From Eledone cirrhosa (Eukaryota): a stretch of 64,000 bases of DNA. This document shows positions 1 to 14,641 of the stretch, piece after piece; within the stretch, counting starts at the first letter, position 1, and the number at the start of each line of letters is the position of its first letter. Location: assembly GCA_964016885.1 (NCBI GenBank), contig OZ024745.1, forward strand, positions 42,780,001-42,844,000, written 5' to 3'. The notes beneath the pieces were generated by a model. It was not told the origin of the DNA. It saw only the letters and a list, made by a program, of their open reading frames with translations, and ran no database searches. Position numbers and translations under genes: made by a program.

Positions 1-138
1 TTTAAAATGATTTGATTGAAATAAAAAGACATGCCGAAATTATTTCTACATAAAAAAATTATATCAAAATTTTAAATTTTTTTTTTTTTGGGGGGGGGGT
101 ACTGTTTTGCTATATCATTAAGGTGGAATTTATTATAA

Positions 139-155
139 AAGGTTGGGAACCGCTG
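139..155. mobile_element. probable hAT-type terminal inverted repeat (right end of an element extending left of the window)
   Basis: aaggttgggaaccgctg is the reverse complement of CAGCGGTTCCCAACCTT, resembling Charlie/SPIN-type hAT TIRs; partner end not in window. Confidence 0.4.
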
Positions 156-314
156 ATCTAATCCTATTTCCCGTTTTTGTGAAAGCATTGTCAACACAAA
201 TAGGTGTGTATGTGTGTGTGTGTGTGTGTGTGTTTGTATTTATTGTGAGTGTTCGTATCTGTGAGTGAGATCACCTGTAAGATGATGTGCATATTTAAGG
301 GGTGCTTTATTATG

Positions 315-1200
315 TTTTCTTCTTCTTCTTCTTCTTCTTTTTATTCTTCTCTTCTTCTGCTTCTTCTTTTTCTTCTTTTTATTTTTCATCTTCTTTTTCT
401 TCTTCCTCTTCTCCTTCTTTTTCGTCTTCTCACATTTATTCTTGGCAGAGTCATGGAGGCAGAGCCTTCCAGCGTTATCCTATCAGAAACAAGCGTCTCC
501 AACTGATTCGGTTGGATCCCCAAGCAAGACCAGCCGAGTTTATGGACTTTATCCAAACATCTTGCTCGAGGTCTACTTATTGGTTTTGCTCATAAAACCT
601 GTCCAGCGATTCTTTCCTGAAATATTCTAACCACATGTCCATAGTATAGGAACTGTGATCTCTCAATTCGGAAAAGTAGCGGCTATACTTGGAGTGACTC
701 TCTGACCTCTGAGCTACGCATTCTATTGAGTAACGTTATTTCAAAGACTCTTCGGAGGAAACCCCATTTCAGCCGCTTATATTCGCGATCGTATTCTTTC
801 TGTCATTACCCAAAATTCCTGACCATAGGTAAGGGATGGCATGAATACCGAATTGAAGATAGTGAGTTTGGCTTTTACATCTATCTCCATTCTTCTGGTG
901 AGAGAATTCTGAAGCTGGTGCATCACTGAACCAGTTCCTGCAATTCTTACGCTTAATACAGCCTACTGCCTTCCATCATCCGTGAAAACGACTTCGAGAC
1001 ACATGAATTTCTCTACCTGCTTCCTTGAAAGAACGAGTATCTCAGTTTTCACAACACTGATTTTTATTCCTGCCTTGCAGGACTCGGCAGCAAACATATC
1101 AAGTGCATGTCGGCGATCACCTCTGACGATTTAAGTATTGCCATGTCGTCTGAAAATTACAGCCGACTGATACTACACTCACCAGTCTTGATACCACTAT
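315..1200 (-). mobile_element. RTE-clade LINE, 5'-truncated degenerate 3' fragment with (AAG)n-like tail
   Basis: Minus-strand translation with stops and frameshifts: L*FSDDMAIL (RT FADD motif), GIKISVVKTE, FNSVFMPSLTYGQEFWVMTERIRSRI*AAEMGF, YYGHVVR, RPRARCLD; (TTC)n tract at 315-430 is the tail. Confidence 0.85.
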
Positions 1201-1612
1201 TCTCCCCTATTACCTGTTCTACATTTCAGAGTCATTCCTTTTGCAGTCCATATTATTATTTTCTGTTTCTCTATTTCTCTATTTTTTCCTTTAGATAAGC
1301 CCTCGCGCACAATTCTTTCCCTTCTTTGTCAGTTGATGCACTCGAGCTATTTTTTTATCTATATTTATAATTCCCCGAAAGGCATTACTTATCCTGTCTT
1401 TATCTCTACCTGTTTTGTTACATCCCGCTGTGCACTGGAATGAATTGTAACAACCTTAAAGCAACGAAACCGTAGTGATTTTCAGAGGTTGACTGAGGAG
1501 ATGGGACTGTCTGTGTTTCTGTTGTTCATTCCTTTGTCTTTGTCCTGTGCACCCGCATATTTTGAATTACTATTCTAAAGACTTAACCATGCGGGCTTTT
1601 TTTCTAAATTAT

Positions 1613-1701
<89 letters not shown>

Positions 1702-1919
1702 CCGAAACAAAATCTACATTAGCATATGCAATCCAAAAGAACCCATTCAATGAAGAATAATATAATAAAATTTGTTATATTTATATGAAATAATGACTTC
1801 TACTACGGACACATATGCAGTTTACGTTTACCAAATTCTACTCATAAAGCATTGGTCGATATGATGACAGCAGTCTATAAACTAAAACAAGTAAAAAGAA
1901 TGAATATAGATTAAGCCAT

Positions 1920-2728
1920 ATTAGAGTGGAATCTCAGTTTTGAGAAATCCAAGGCTTAATAAACGTTTTTAAAGGTTGCACTGAATACACAACGATAAAG
2001 AAGAACGTAAAAGTTTCATTTACATACAGTTTTACAATTATTTCTTTATTCTAATAGAGACATATTTTGTTACTTCCTACCATGGAAGCAGCACCATCAC
2101 TTACGAAGCCAATAGAGTTTTCTAAATTCGTATCATATTCACATAACTTATCAACAATGTATCAAAAAGAGACTGTGCTTTAGCAACTGAAACACGAAGA
2201 AGCCTAAAAAGATGTTTTGATGGCTAGATTATCATGACTTTCACACAAAATGTTACTACTGCACTCACGCTTTTCTTAATTATAATATCATTGATTCATC
2301 AATGAGTAGCACTAACTTCTTTCCTTATACATATTCCTTTAAATCTACTTCTAGAATTAAACTTGCCATATTTCTAATTGAGAGAACTTGCTTCAATGTA
2401 ATTTTAACTACTAAGAGAACTACCTTTTCTATAGTCATTTATAATATCACTCAAGTGATCGATGGCAATCACAGAACAATGACTACTACTACTGACAACA
2501 TAATTTCAGCCATTTTTTTGTTATCATATCATCAAATTCAAAACTTTTCATGGTCATAAATGAAGATAAAATTACTTTAATTTCAATCGGTCAAGTTAGA
2601 TTTATTCTTAGATGTGTAATGTTGAGTTTAAATAATATAATTTACACTTCCCTGTTCAACGAATATTTTTTCGTTCATTCTTGTTTCTATTTACGGTCAG
2701 AATCGTAAATATGTTTCCACTTAGACAT
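1920..2728 (-). pseudogene. degenerate hAT transposase relic
   Basis: Minus-strand fragments MSKWKHIYDSDRK, HCSVIAIDHLSDII, LLIDES (first catalytic D), ENSIGFVSDGAASMVG (second D), RSSLSLCIQ, LGFLKTEIP; many stops and frameshifts. Confidence 0.75.
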
Positions 2729-3204
2729 TTTGTGGAGAGTGTTTCAGTAATGAAAAAACAAACTAGCTGAACATTGAGATCATCAAGATTATAAACAGAG
2801 ACATGGTCAGCTGATGCCGAAAGCAAAACGTAATATGTATATGTTTTATAAATAATGTGTTAAAAATAATCAGAAAATGATCTACAATTTAAGTATATCT
2901 AATCCAAAGAGTTCGCAGCAACCCTCATATATGTATGTGTGTGGACGTATGATGATCTTGTGATAGCACAGGTGAAACTCCAGAGTAACAGGATCATTAT
3001 ATACGCCTTCACACACATATATGGAGGAGTTATATTTTACAAATTGCAAACGTTAACTGATGCAGACACCTATACCTGGACTAGGGTGAAATAATTCATC
3101 TAATATCAATAGACGGCGGTTACTTACAAAACACGTTTCTTCTAATGGGTGATCAGTCACTAAGGGAAACTTATATTGCAAGTAGCTGTCATTTATAGAT
3201 ATAA

Positions 3205-3236
<32 letters not shown>

Positions 3237-3511
3237 AAATGAGGTAAATTTGCGGACCATGGGACATATTTGCGGACCATGGGACATATGTCCTATAGAA
3301 AGGAAATAGCTATCTGATGAAATCTACTTTCCGTTGGAAATTCTCCGAATTTCCAATCTTTTGTGGATGGAAACCGCCGGTAATAGCATTATGAACAGGT
3401 AGATATTTAAATTATTTTTTAATTTATTTAAAGGATTGTTTAATGTTTGTTTGTTCTGCTCATCAATTTTTATATATATATATATATTTGTGTGTGTGTG
3501 TATATGTGTGC

Positions 3512-3566
<55 letters not shown>

Positions 3567-3759
3567 CGAGAAGTAAACGGAAACAACATAGCAAACAATA
3601 CAGAACAATTAAAGAATATGTTAGTTTAATGCTTGGTATAGTAGGAAAAGTGTCTTAACGTTTCATCGGAAGATAGAATGAGAAATAAAAGAAGAAATGG
3701 AAAGAAACAGAATGAGAAGAGGAAGGAACAGAAAATAGAAGAAAAAAAATATATATATA

Positions 3760-3846
<87 letters not shown>

Positions 3847-4764
3847 TGTGTGTGCGTGTGTGCGTGTGTGTGTGTGTGCGTGTGTGTGCGTGTGTGCGTT
3901 ATTTGCACTAACACACTTGATGAGGTAAACCAAGAGATTATTATTAATCAAAAGTCCACCTAAATGACTAGTTCTGGTAAATGAAAAGACAGAGGAACAA
4001 AACCAACATATTATTAATTGAATATGGAATGCAGAACGTTGGGAACTCTTGACATGTTTCGACCTCATTGGACGTCATCAGTAAAGCATATTCTTAATAT
4101 GACTAGAGAGATAAGATTTCGTAAATGGATATTGAGTGGCATATCACTGATTTGGAAAGAAACCACGAAAATAGCCATGAAAACCTTATATATGCTGTTT
4201 GCATACATATATAAAATGACTTGAATTTACATACCTATTTCAGTACAGCTAGATACATTTCTTATACCGATAGGTGATATAATCACAACTTAAATTACTC
4301 AGAGCGAGATTAAATGTATGTTTGCTATACAATACATAAACATTGTATATATATATATATATATAGGATTTTATACTAACAATAATGTGTTAGTACTGTC
4401 GTTAATGTTTACTAACCTATCAAACTTGCTCTGTCTGTAAATAAACTTTCAACGGGAATAATTTGCTTACAATTTCTATAAGATTTTGCTATCTTTTATA
4501 TTATGGAATCTTGACGTAAGTAAGCGAGTAATGACGCAAATTAATAACGCTGAAATATATACATACTACTCTTACACTGATACCGTGATAGCCGTCGTAT
4601 GTTTACAGCTTTAAATACTCACAACTGGATAAAATATATTTTTATTATATATAAACCACATTGTGTTATTACTAATATAATGACCTTATGAGTATAAGCA
4701 TAACTCCAGATTAAAAAGACCTAAACTAGCCTTTAATACAGAATATGTGTGTGTGTGAGTATGT

Positions 4765-4828
<64 letters not shown>

Positions 4829-4963
4829 GTGTTAAACAATATTCAATGATTATGTCAAAGAATGAGTTTTACAGTAGATTGGAAGCACTCAACGAAAAAT
4901 AATTTTCTGGAGTTATTAATATTAAAGTATAAGTATTAATAAAATAGATGTTCTGTTGATCAA

Positions 4964-5024
4964 TTACATTTTATTATACATATTTCGGATGTACAACAGT
5001 ACGTTCTCATCAGACAAAATATAA
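4964..5024 (-). ncRNA. type I minimal hammerhead ribozyme (family C), imperfect stem II
   Basis: Minus strand: ttatattttgt-CTGATGA-gaacgtac tgtt gtacatcc-GAAA-tatgta-TA^-ataaaatgtaa; stem I 11 bp with G.U pairs. Confidence 0.65.
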
Positions 5025-5383
5025 TGATACATGACATACCCTGAGATGTTAAATGGTTAAGATTTTAATCAAGGTAGTACTACCTAAGATGAAAGGACGG
5101 TGTGTGTGTAGTGTAAAATGGTTTTACATTGGAGTGAATTGTGTTAAAACAAAACAAACACTCAATGTTATGATCTAGAGAACAATAACATTATTGTATT
5201 GGAAGTGGAATATATGTGAATCTGTGCTCAGAGTTTTTCATTCCAGGTCTTCAGTTAGCAGAAGACCGGAAATGAGAAACTTCGAGTAGCAACTCACGCA
5301 GACACAATTTTGTATAAATCTTATATGTATGATGTTCCCACCTATCTACATCAGCATAAGTATATCACAAACGTATATATGTA

Positions 5384-6452
<1,069 letters not shown>

Positions 6453-6453
6453 T

Positions 6454-7350
6454 ATAACGAAGGAAATGTGGTAAGGAACCAGGTGGACCATAACGCACCA
6501 AAGTACTCAATACTTAGGGTAGTAGAGTGGGTAATAGGAACAAGTATGACCCCGACGGCAGAGCTCAAGCCGTTTCGACGGCTATCTTAGTGGTATTTTT
6601 GTATTAGTATTCTTGTATTAGTATTTCTGTATTAGTATTCTGAATTAATACTTCGTATTAGTATTTTTGTAGTAGTATTTTAGTATTTTTGTTTTCAACT
6701 TATTAACCTGTCATTGTAAGATAGCATTGGCTGATTACTAACTATCTATAGCAGTGGTGTTAGACCCCTGTAAAGCCGGCTTTATAAATTTCTTTCACTA
6801 CAATCTCATATATAGTATTTTTCTCCACCTATTAAACTTTTCTATAGCTTAGCAATACCAATGAGAGATTTGGTGATGGTGGAAATGGAGTAGTAACCAG
6901 AAATTTTTTTTTTATAAATATATATATTTTTTTTTATATATTTATTTCCTTATTTTTATAATGTTTTTTTTTGTTTACTCCCTTTCGATTTACCTATTCT
7001 TTCAACCCCCCTCTCATTCTCCAGTACACTTTTTTCGACTTTCTACACACTATCCTTAGAATCTGCTGTATAGATTTCACTTTCAACGCTTGACTGGGTT
7101 TCCCCCACTCCCTCTTTGTTCTACAGGCAAGTTCAGCTACCCCTACCTCCCACCAAATGCCATGAGAGAATCATCTGTCTTTACAACAAATTTTTGACCA
7201 ATCCTTTTGACAATTACTATCTTCCTATATAAGGAATTACCCCCTGAGAAGTTCGGCTATTTATTTACCAGGCTAAAATTTCTTATTTAGTCCAGAATTA
7301 GCCGTCGAAACAGCTTGAGCTCTGCCGTCGGCGTCATACCTGTTCCTATA
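6454..7350 (+). mobile_element. non-autonomous Penelope-like (PLE-type) element, family A, with inverted terminal copy
   Basis: 6454-6585 is an inverted copy of the family A terminus; AT-rich body; forward terminus at 7239-7350 contains a hammerhead fold. Confidence 0.55.
7239..7334 (+). ncRNA. type I hammerhead ribozyme with variant core (family A, only full copy in window)
   Basis: acccc-CTGAGAA-long stem II (cggcta/tagccg, ggctaaa/tttagtc)-GAAA-cagc ttGAGCTCt gccg-TC^-ggcgt; other copies read ggggt, which pairs acccc. Confidence 0.6.
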
Positions 7351-7353
7351 TAT

Positions 7354-7798
7354 ACTAGACCTGAAAATGCGCAAGCTCAAAAGAGCCACAGAATGTTATA
7401 ATAAACCTTCAAAAGTGTGGGACTAGAGTTGTTGCTCAAAAATATTGAAATAATTATCTATCGTACACTCTATGGCATCCTTTTATAAAAAAGAGACTCA
7501 TAAAGAACTCAAGACGCCACGATAATTATTTAAGCTAATGTTCAATATCTCATATTAGATGTTTAGTAATGATTAATACAAACTGCACTTAAACCGAATT
7601 CTATATTATAAATTCACTTAAATAATTATCGTGTCGTCTTGAGTTCGTTATGAGCCTCTTTTTTATAAAAGGATGCCTCAGAGTGTACGATAGATAATGA
7701 TTACAATAGTTTTGAGCAACAACTCTAGTCCCACACTTTTGAATGTTTATTATAACATTCTGTGGCTCTTTTGAGCTTGCGCATTTTTCAGGTCTAGT
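7354..7798. repeat. long inverted repeat (~180-bp arms, ~80-bp spacer), both ends CTAG
   Basis: 7354-7534 is the near-perfect reverse complement of 7617-7798. Confidence 0.9.
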
Positions 7799-8591
7799 TT
7801 AATATTTTTTTAAGGCAACGCTTGTAGTAACTCTAGTTAAACATGATATATATTAATAATAAATTATCGTTGTAATGTAATTATATTATATTATTGTTAT
7901 TTTATAAATGATCTTATAAATATTATTGTAAGATGTATAAAAATATTTTCAGACTTTTAATATAAACAACTACAAAAAACAATCAATATTAAATAAATAT
8001 GTTTTACATAATAATTATTATAGTTGAATTAATAAAAATTAAATATTACATACAAATAGTCTAACATGATAATAAATAAATAATCTAACATAATAATAAT
8101 AAAATAATCTAACATAAAACGAACAATAATATGGACAAATATACAAGTAAATATGATACAACCAATATTATAAGCATGTTATAACGAACTGAAAAAAATT
8201 AGTTAATATAAATTTTAAAAATCATATATAAATTAACAATATAACTTACCAAAACGAGAAAAATATTTTGATGATAAACGACGAAATACAGGAGGAAGAT
8301 TCGAAAGCGAAACAATAAATAAACGTGCAAACAAAATGGCGGATGCTTTTGAGCAACAATTACTATCGTTGGTTGATTAGCCAATAAGACGATGAAATTA
8401 GCCAATAAGACGATACATTACAAAACATGTTTGGCAGCAATCATCATCACCACGGCCAGCGACACCCCTTGAATTATTTATTCACAAGCTACGCATATAT
8501 GTCAGACACGCAGACTTAAAACATTCTGTTGTTAGTCACTGCATGTCTAACAGATAACGGCTTGAGCTCTGTCATCTGAGTCAAACATTTT

Positions 8592-8674
<83 letters not shown>

Positions 8675-8678
<4 letters not shown>

Positions 8679-8873
8679 CAAGAAAGTATGGTAAGGAACC
8701 AGGTGGACCATAACGCACCAGAGTACTTGATACTTAGGGTAGTAGAGTGGGTAATAGGAAAAGAGTCAGCACCCAGACAGCTGAGCTCCAGCCGTTTCGA
8801 CAGCTAGATCCGAGCTGTTCGGATCTAGCTGTCGAAACGGCCGGAGCTCAGCCGTCGGGGTCCTGACTCTTTT

Positions 8874-8877
<4 letters not shown>
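8675..8877. mobile_element. family A palindromic element in (TA)n
   Basis: Arms mirror about the hairpin gacagctagatccga/tcggatctagctgtc; each arm carries the GAAA-stem III-GTC-ggg half ribozyme. Confidence 0.8.
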
Positions 8878-8918
<41 letters not shown>

Positions 8919-8925
<7 letters not shown>

Positions 8926-9080
8926 AACACAGGAGGCTGGACTGGTGTAATTCCTTAAAAGTTTATTATACTATGAACATTTCAATGACCGGGTTCAGTA
9001 TGAATCCGGTCATTGAAATGTTCATAGTATAATAAACCTTTAAGGAATTACACCAGTCCAGCCTCTTGTTGTTTTATAAT
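8919..9080. repeat. palindrome centred on a hairpin followed by GAAA and AATAAA (PLE-terminus-like)
   Basis: Near-perfect ~80-bp arms about aatgaccgggttca-gta-tgaatccggtcatt; similar terminus (ggactgg...tgttgtttta) at 36330-36440. Confidence 0.8.
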
Positions 9081-9227
9081 AATTAACTCTGTACTCGCAC
9101 CACCAACAACAGCACAAACGAAGACGGGTGAGTTGCACTACGTCGAGTGCTCTCCTTAATATTACATCAAGGTTGACTATACGGAATAACCAGTTCTATC
9201 TAGTGGTGATCCAACAAACCAACCTAA

Positions 9228-9290
<63 letters not shown>

Positions 9291-9358
9291 TTATATATAA
9301 TAATAATAAATATGAAGACCAAAATCCAAAGAGGACTCGATAAGAGTTATATATATAT

Positions 9359-9712
9359 ATAAGTTAAACAATGAAATAAAAAATCAAGTCATTAGAGATA
9401 TACTTCACTGCTTTACGATCGTTTCTAGATGGTGATAATACATTATATCTATACTCAGTTATTGATCTATGTAAGTTTACAAACTATCAGATAGAGAGAA
9501 TATTTACTTACATGCTGTTTTCAAAAGATTGCTTTTGAAATCAGCTGGTGATATGCATGTAAGTAAATATTCTCTCTATCTGATAGTTTGTAAACTTACA
9601 TAGATCAATAACTGAGTATAGATACAATGTATTATCACCATCTAGAAACGATCGTAAAGCAGTGAAGTATATCTCTAATGACTTGATTTTTTATTTCATT
9701 GTTTTAACTTAT
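9359..9712. repeat. ~155-bp-arm palindromic element in (TA)n
   Basis: 9359-9515 reverse-complements 9555-9712; central hairpin; diverged homologue at 14305-14450. Confidence 0.9.
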
Positions 9713-9843
9713 ATCATGACTCTGTTTTCTTTTTAATGTTTTATTGTTTTCTGAGATTTATCTTAACCTACAACATTTTCAACATATGGATTACATTGAG
9801 TTCTTCATACAGAATAGACCCCACATCTTACAGTGGATACCTT

Positions 9844-9882
<39 letters not shown>

Positions 9883-9971
9883 ATAGAGCAAATAATTAAT
9901 TAATGTGTATGTATATAAACCCTGAAGAAGCCTCTGAGCTTTTCAGCCACTCCTCGTATATATTTATATTT

Positions 9972-10009
<38 letters not shown>

Positions 10010-10317
10010 GTGTGTGTGCGCGCGCGCGCGCGTGTGCGTGTGTGTGTTCAAGGAAACAACAAACAGAGGTACAAAAAGTCTTATTAGGTTCACGCTTTAT
10101 ATTGGAAAGGGGAAAGAAAGTTCGACGTGTAGGGCACAAACCCTTTTTCAGGAGTACAAAATAGAGACAAGATCACAAAACAGTTATATATATATTTATA
10201 TATATATATATATATATAACTGAATGAGCACTCAATAGTTGTAGGTAAATTTATTTTCTAGATAGAAGTGTCAGTGACTTCGAAGTTTAAGCTTAGGCTT
10301 CATATATATATATGTAT

Positions 10318-10376
<59 letters not shown>

Positions 10377-10447
10377 CATATAATATTGAGTGATTATTCA
10401 GTTAATGTTTGAATGTTGCAAATACAACGGTATTTTATACACACATT

Positions 10448-10496
<49 letters not shown>

Positions 10497-10498
10497 GG

Positions 10499-10628
10499 TT
10501 CCTGATGATTTCTCACGAATGAAACATTTCTAGTCCTGTAGAAGGTCTTCTATATTAAAACAGTTATACTCTGCTATGTATTGAGTACCTTACTTACTGT
10601 GGTTACCTCCGATTCAACCCGGAATAAC
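10499..10628 (+). mobile_element. family B terminus with degenerate hammerhead
   Basis: ttc-CTGATGA-tttctcacgaat-GAAA-catttctagtcctg-TA^-gaa, then the same tail as 48060-48136; flanked by (TA)n. Confidence 0.65.
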
Positions 10629-10651
10629 TTATATATATATATATAATATAT

Positions 10652-10761
<110 letters not shown>

Positions 10762-10776
10762 AACATACACACACGT

Positions 10777-10817
<41 letters not shown>

Positions 10818-11064
10818 GTTACAACTTGTTTATATACAATATAGGTGTGTGTGTGTGTCTGTGTCTGTGTCTGTGTCTGTGTCTGTCTGTGTGTGTGTGT
10901 GCGTGTGTATAACCATGGTATATGTGTGTATTCAGCGGAAGAACTCATCTTCAGAGAAGCTGCTCTCTTGTATGTTTTGTTATGTCTGGAGACCAAACAG
11001 AAGCCATGACTCTGATAGGATGGTGATAGAGACAGCGAGAGATTGGGGCGCTTAGTTCCCTCCC

Positions 11065-12300
11065 ATCATCATTACCACCACCTCTATCACTATCACCATC
11101 ACCTCCACCTTAGCCACAAACACCACTACTACCCCCAACACTGCAACTACTACCACCGCCACCACCACTACCACCACCGCCACTACCATAGCCTCAGTCA
11201 CCACCACTACCACCACCACCATACACAAACACCACTACTACCCCCAACACTGCAACTACTACCACCGCCACCACCACTACCACCACCGCCACCACCATAG
11301 CCTCAGTCACCACCACTACCACCAACACTGCCACTACCATAGCCACAATCACAACCACTACTCCCAATACTACCACCATCACCGCAGCCACAAACACCAC
11401 TACCACCATAACCACTGTCACCACTCCCAACACTACAACTACCACCACCACCACCACCACAACCATAGCCACAGTCACCACCACTAGCCATAACACTACC
11501 ACCACCACTACCACCACCGCCACTACCATAGCCACAATTACCACCACAAGCCCGCCCCCCCCCCCCTCAACACTACCACCACCCATCAATATAGCGACAA
11601 ACACCACCACCACCACCACCACCACCATAACCACAGTCACCACCACTAGCCCCAACACTACCACCACCACTACCACCACCAGCACCAGCACGACCACTAC
11701 CACCACCACTACCACCACCATAGCCACAATTACCACCACAACCCCCAACACTACCACCACCCACTAATATAGCGACAAACACCACCACCACCACCACCAC
11801 CACCATAACCACAGTCACCACCACTAGCCTCAACACTACCACCACCACTACCACCTCCCACTACCACCACCACCACCAGCATCACCACTACCACCACCGC
11901 CACCACCATAGCCACAATTACCACCACAACCCTCAACACTACCACCACCCACTAATATAGCGACACACACCACCACCACCATAACCACAGTCACCATAAC
12001 CACAGTCACCACTACTATCCTCAACACTACCACCATCCACAACCACCATAACCACAGTCACCACCACTAGCCTCAACACTACCACCAACACTACCACCAC
12101 CACCACCACCATAACCACAGTCACCACTACTAGCCTCAACACTACCACCACCACCACCACCATAACCACAGTCACCACCACTAGCCTCAACACTACCACC
12201 AACACTACCACCACCACCACCACCACCATAGCCACAATCATCACCACCACCACCACCATAGCCACAATCATCACCATCACCACCACCATAGTCACGAACA
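11065..12300. repeat. (ACC/ACT)-rich low-complexity tandem region
   Basis: Degenerate repeated units such as ccataaccacagtcaccaccactagcctcaacactaccacc; no stable reading frame. Confidence 0.9.
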
Positions 12301-12569
12301 CAACAGCCGCAGAACAGTTTTACATAGGGGACGGATTAATAAGAAAAGGCAGGCTTAGAGTTATATAGACAAAATGAATGAGAGAGTGTGAGAAAGAGAA
12401 AGAGAAAGGCGGAGGGGGTGGAATAAGGGAGGCGGAGATTTGTGGAAAATGCACGTTTATTCGCTAAGCTGTGTTAACCTGTCAAAGAAGAGTGTTGTTA
12501 GTTTGGTGGCTCAGCCTATAGAGAAATAGCACACACTCACTTAAAGACATTCACAAACATTCTTCCGCA

Positions 12570-12605
12570 AACACACACACACACACACACACACGCGCGC
12601 GCGCG

Positions 12606-12699
<94 letters not shown>

Positions 12700-13545
12700 C
12701 ACACTCACACACACACACGATACGTGTGCAAATATATGCACACACGCATGCAAACTCGCGCACACAAACATCTATCCATACACACATACATACATACATA
12801 CATACATGCATACATACATAGATACATACGTACATACATATATACATACATACATACACACGTACGTACATACATATATACTTACCTACATTCATAAATA
12901 CATACATACATATATACATATATATACATACTTACCTACATACATAAATACATACATACATATATACATACATACATACATGCATACATACATACATACG
13001 TACATACATACATACATACATACATACATACATACATACATACATACATACATACATACATTCATACATACGTACATTCTACACAGACATAAATACTTAT
13101 AGATGCAAACACACATACACTCACAAACACGTACACACACACATACACACACACGCACACGCACACACACACACATATATATACACACGAGCGCGTGCAC
13201 ATACTAAACACAGTCTCTCACACATATCGTATGCCATATAGATATAATGTGTGTACATATACTCGAGTATGTGCATATACATGTGTCTGTGTATGTGTTT
13301 GTTTGTCTGTGTGATCATATATGGACATATTTCGTATACATATATATGTATACATATATATAGACATATATATACATATATATACATATGTATATATATG
13401 TATACGAAATGTGTCCATATATGATCACACAGACAAACAAACAAATACACATACACATTTATATGTATACACATTTATATGTATACATATATATGTATAC
13501 ATATATATGTATACATATATATGTATACATTTGTATACATATATG
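12570..13545. repeat. compound microsatellite (CA/CG/CACG/ACAT/TA)
   Basis: Direct inspection; representative of dozens of such tracts across the window. Confidence 0.95.
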
Positions 13546-13602
13546 ACTGCCAAAACTGGAATTGAGCCATCAGCACAGTTGAGGTATGTCATACATCAAT
13601 TT

Positions 13603-13674
13603 ATATATTTTATCTGATGAGGACGTACTGAAAAAACAGCACAGTACCTCCGAAATATATATAATAAAATATAT
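13603..13674 (+). ncRNA. type I minimal hammerhead ribozyme (family C)
   Basis: atatattttat-CTGATGA-ggacgtactg[11 nt]cagtacctcc-GAAA-tatata-TA^-ataaaatatat; 11-bp stem I, 10-bp stem II with one C.C mismatch. Confidence 0.85.
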
Positions 13675-13904
13675 TTTGATTAGGTTGAATGTCTATATTT
13701 ATTAATATCTTGAATTAATATATATGTATATATATATGTATACATATATAGAATGTTATACGTACGCACACACACACGCTCACACACACACACACAAACT
13801 CCGATCGACATATCTAAGTACTTATGTGTAGATGTATTCATTGTGTGTGCGGATGCATTAAATATCTATACGTATGGACATTGAAGCATACAGACAGATT
13901 ACAG

Positions 13905-14305
<401 letters not shown>

Positions 14306-14641
14306 AAAACAATGAAATTAAACAAAAAACGGTTAATTTATAGTAAAACTCATTATTTTACGATCGTTTCTGGGGGGTAGTTCCCCGTATGTCCATTCTA
14401 TTATTGATCTATGTAAAATATATTACAAAATATCATAATAAGAAAATATACATACGTCTTCACTACCCGCCGTCTTCAGAAATAATGATGGTAGTTGTAG
14501 AGTTGAGCTCTGCCGTCGGTGTTAAACTTTTTCCAATATATATATATAGTTATGTAATAAAATAATATTAAGCTCTGTTACCTACATAGAGCACTCTTTT
14601 TCCTGGACCTTTCCGACGGAATTACTTCACTCATATATATA

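Noticed and set aside
3057-3105. Hammerhead-like CTGATGC...GAAA
   Set aside because: Core mismatch and no stem I pairing.
11043-12301. Gly/Cys/Tyr-rich (GGDCGYG), His-rich or Val-rich protein ORFs
   Set aside because: Products of an (ACC)n-derived repeat; frames break repeatedly with stops, with no signal peptide or splice support. Same for 45591-45981.
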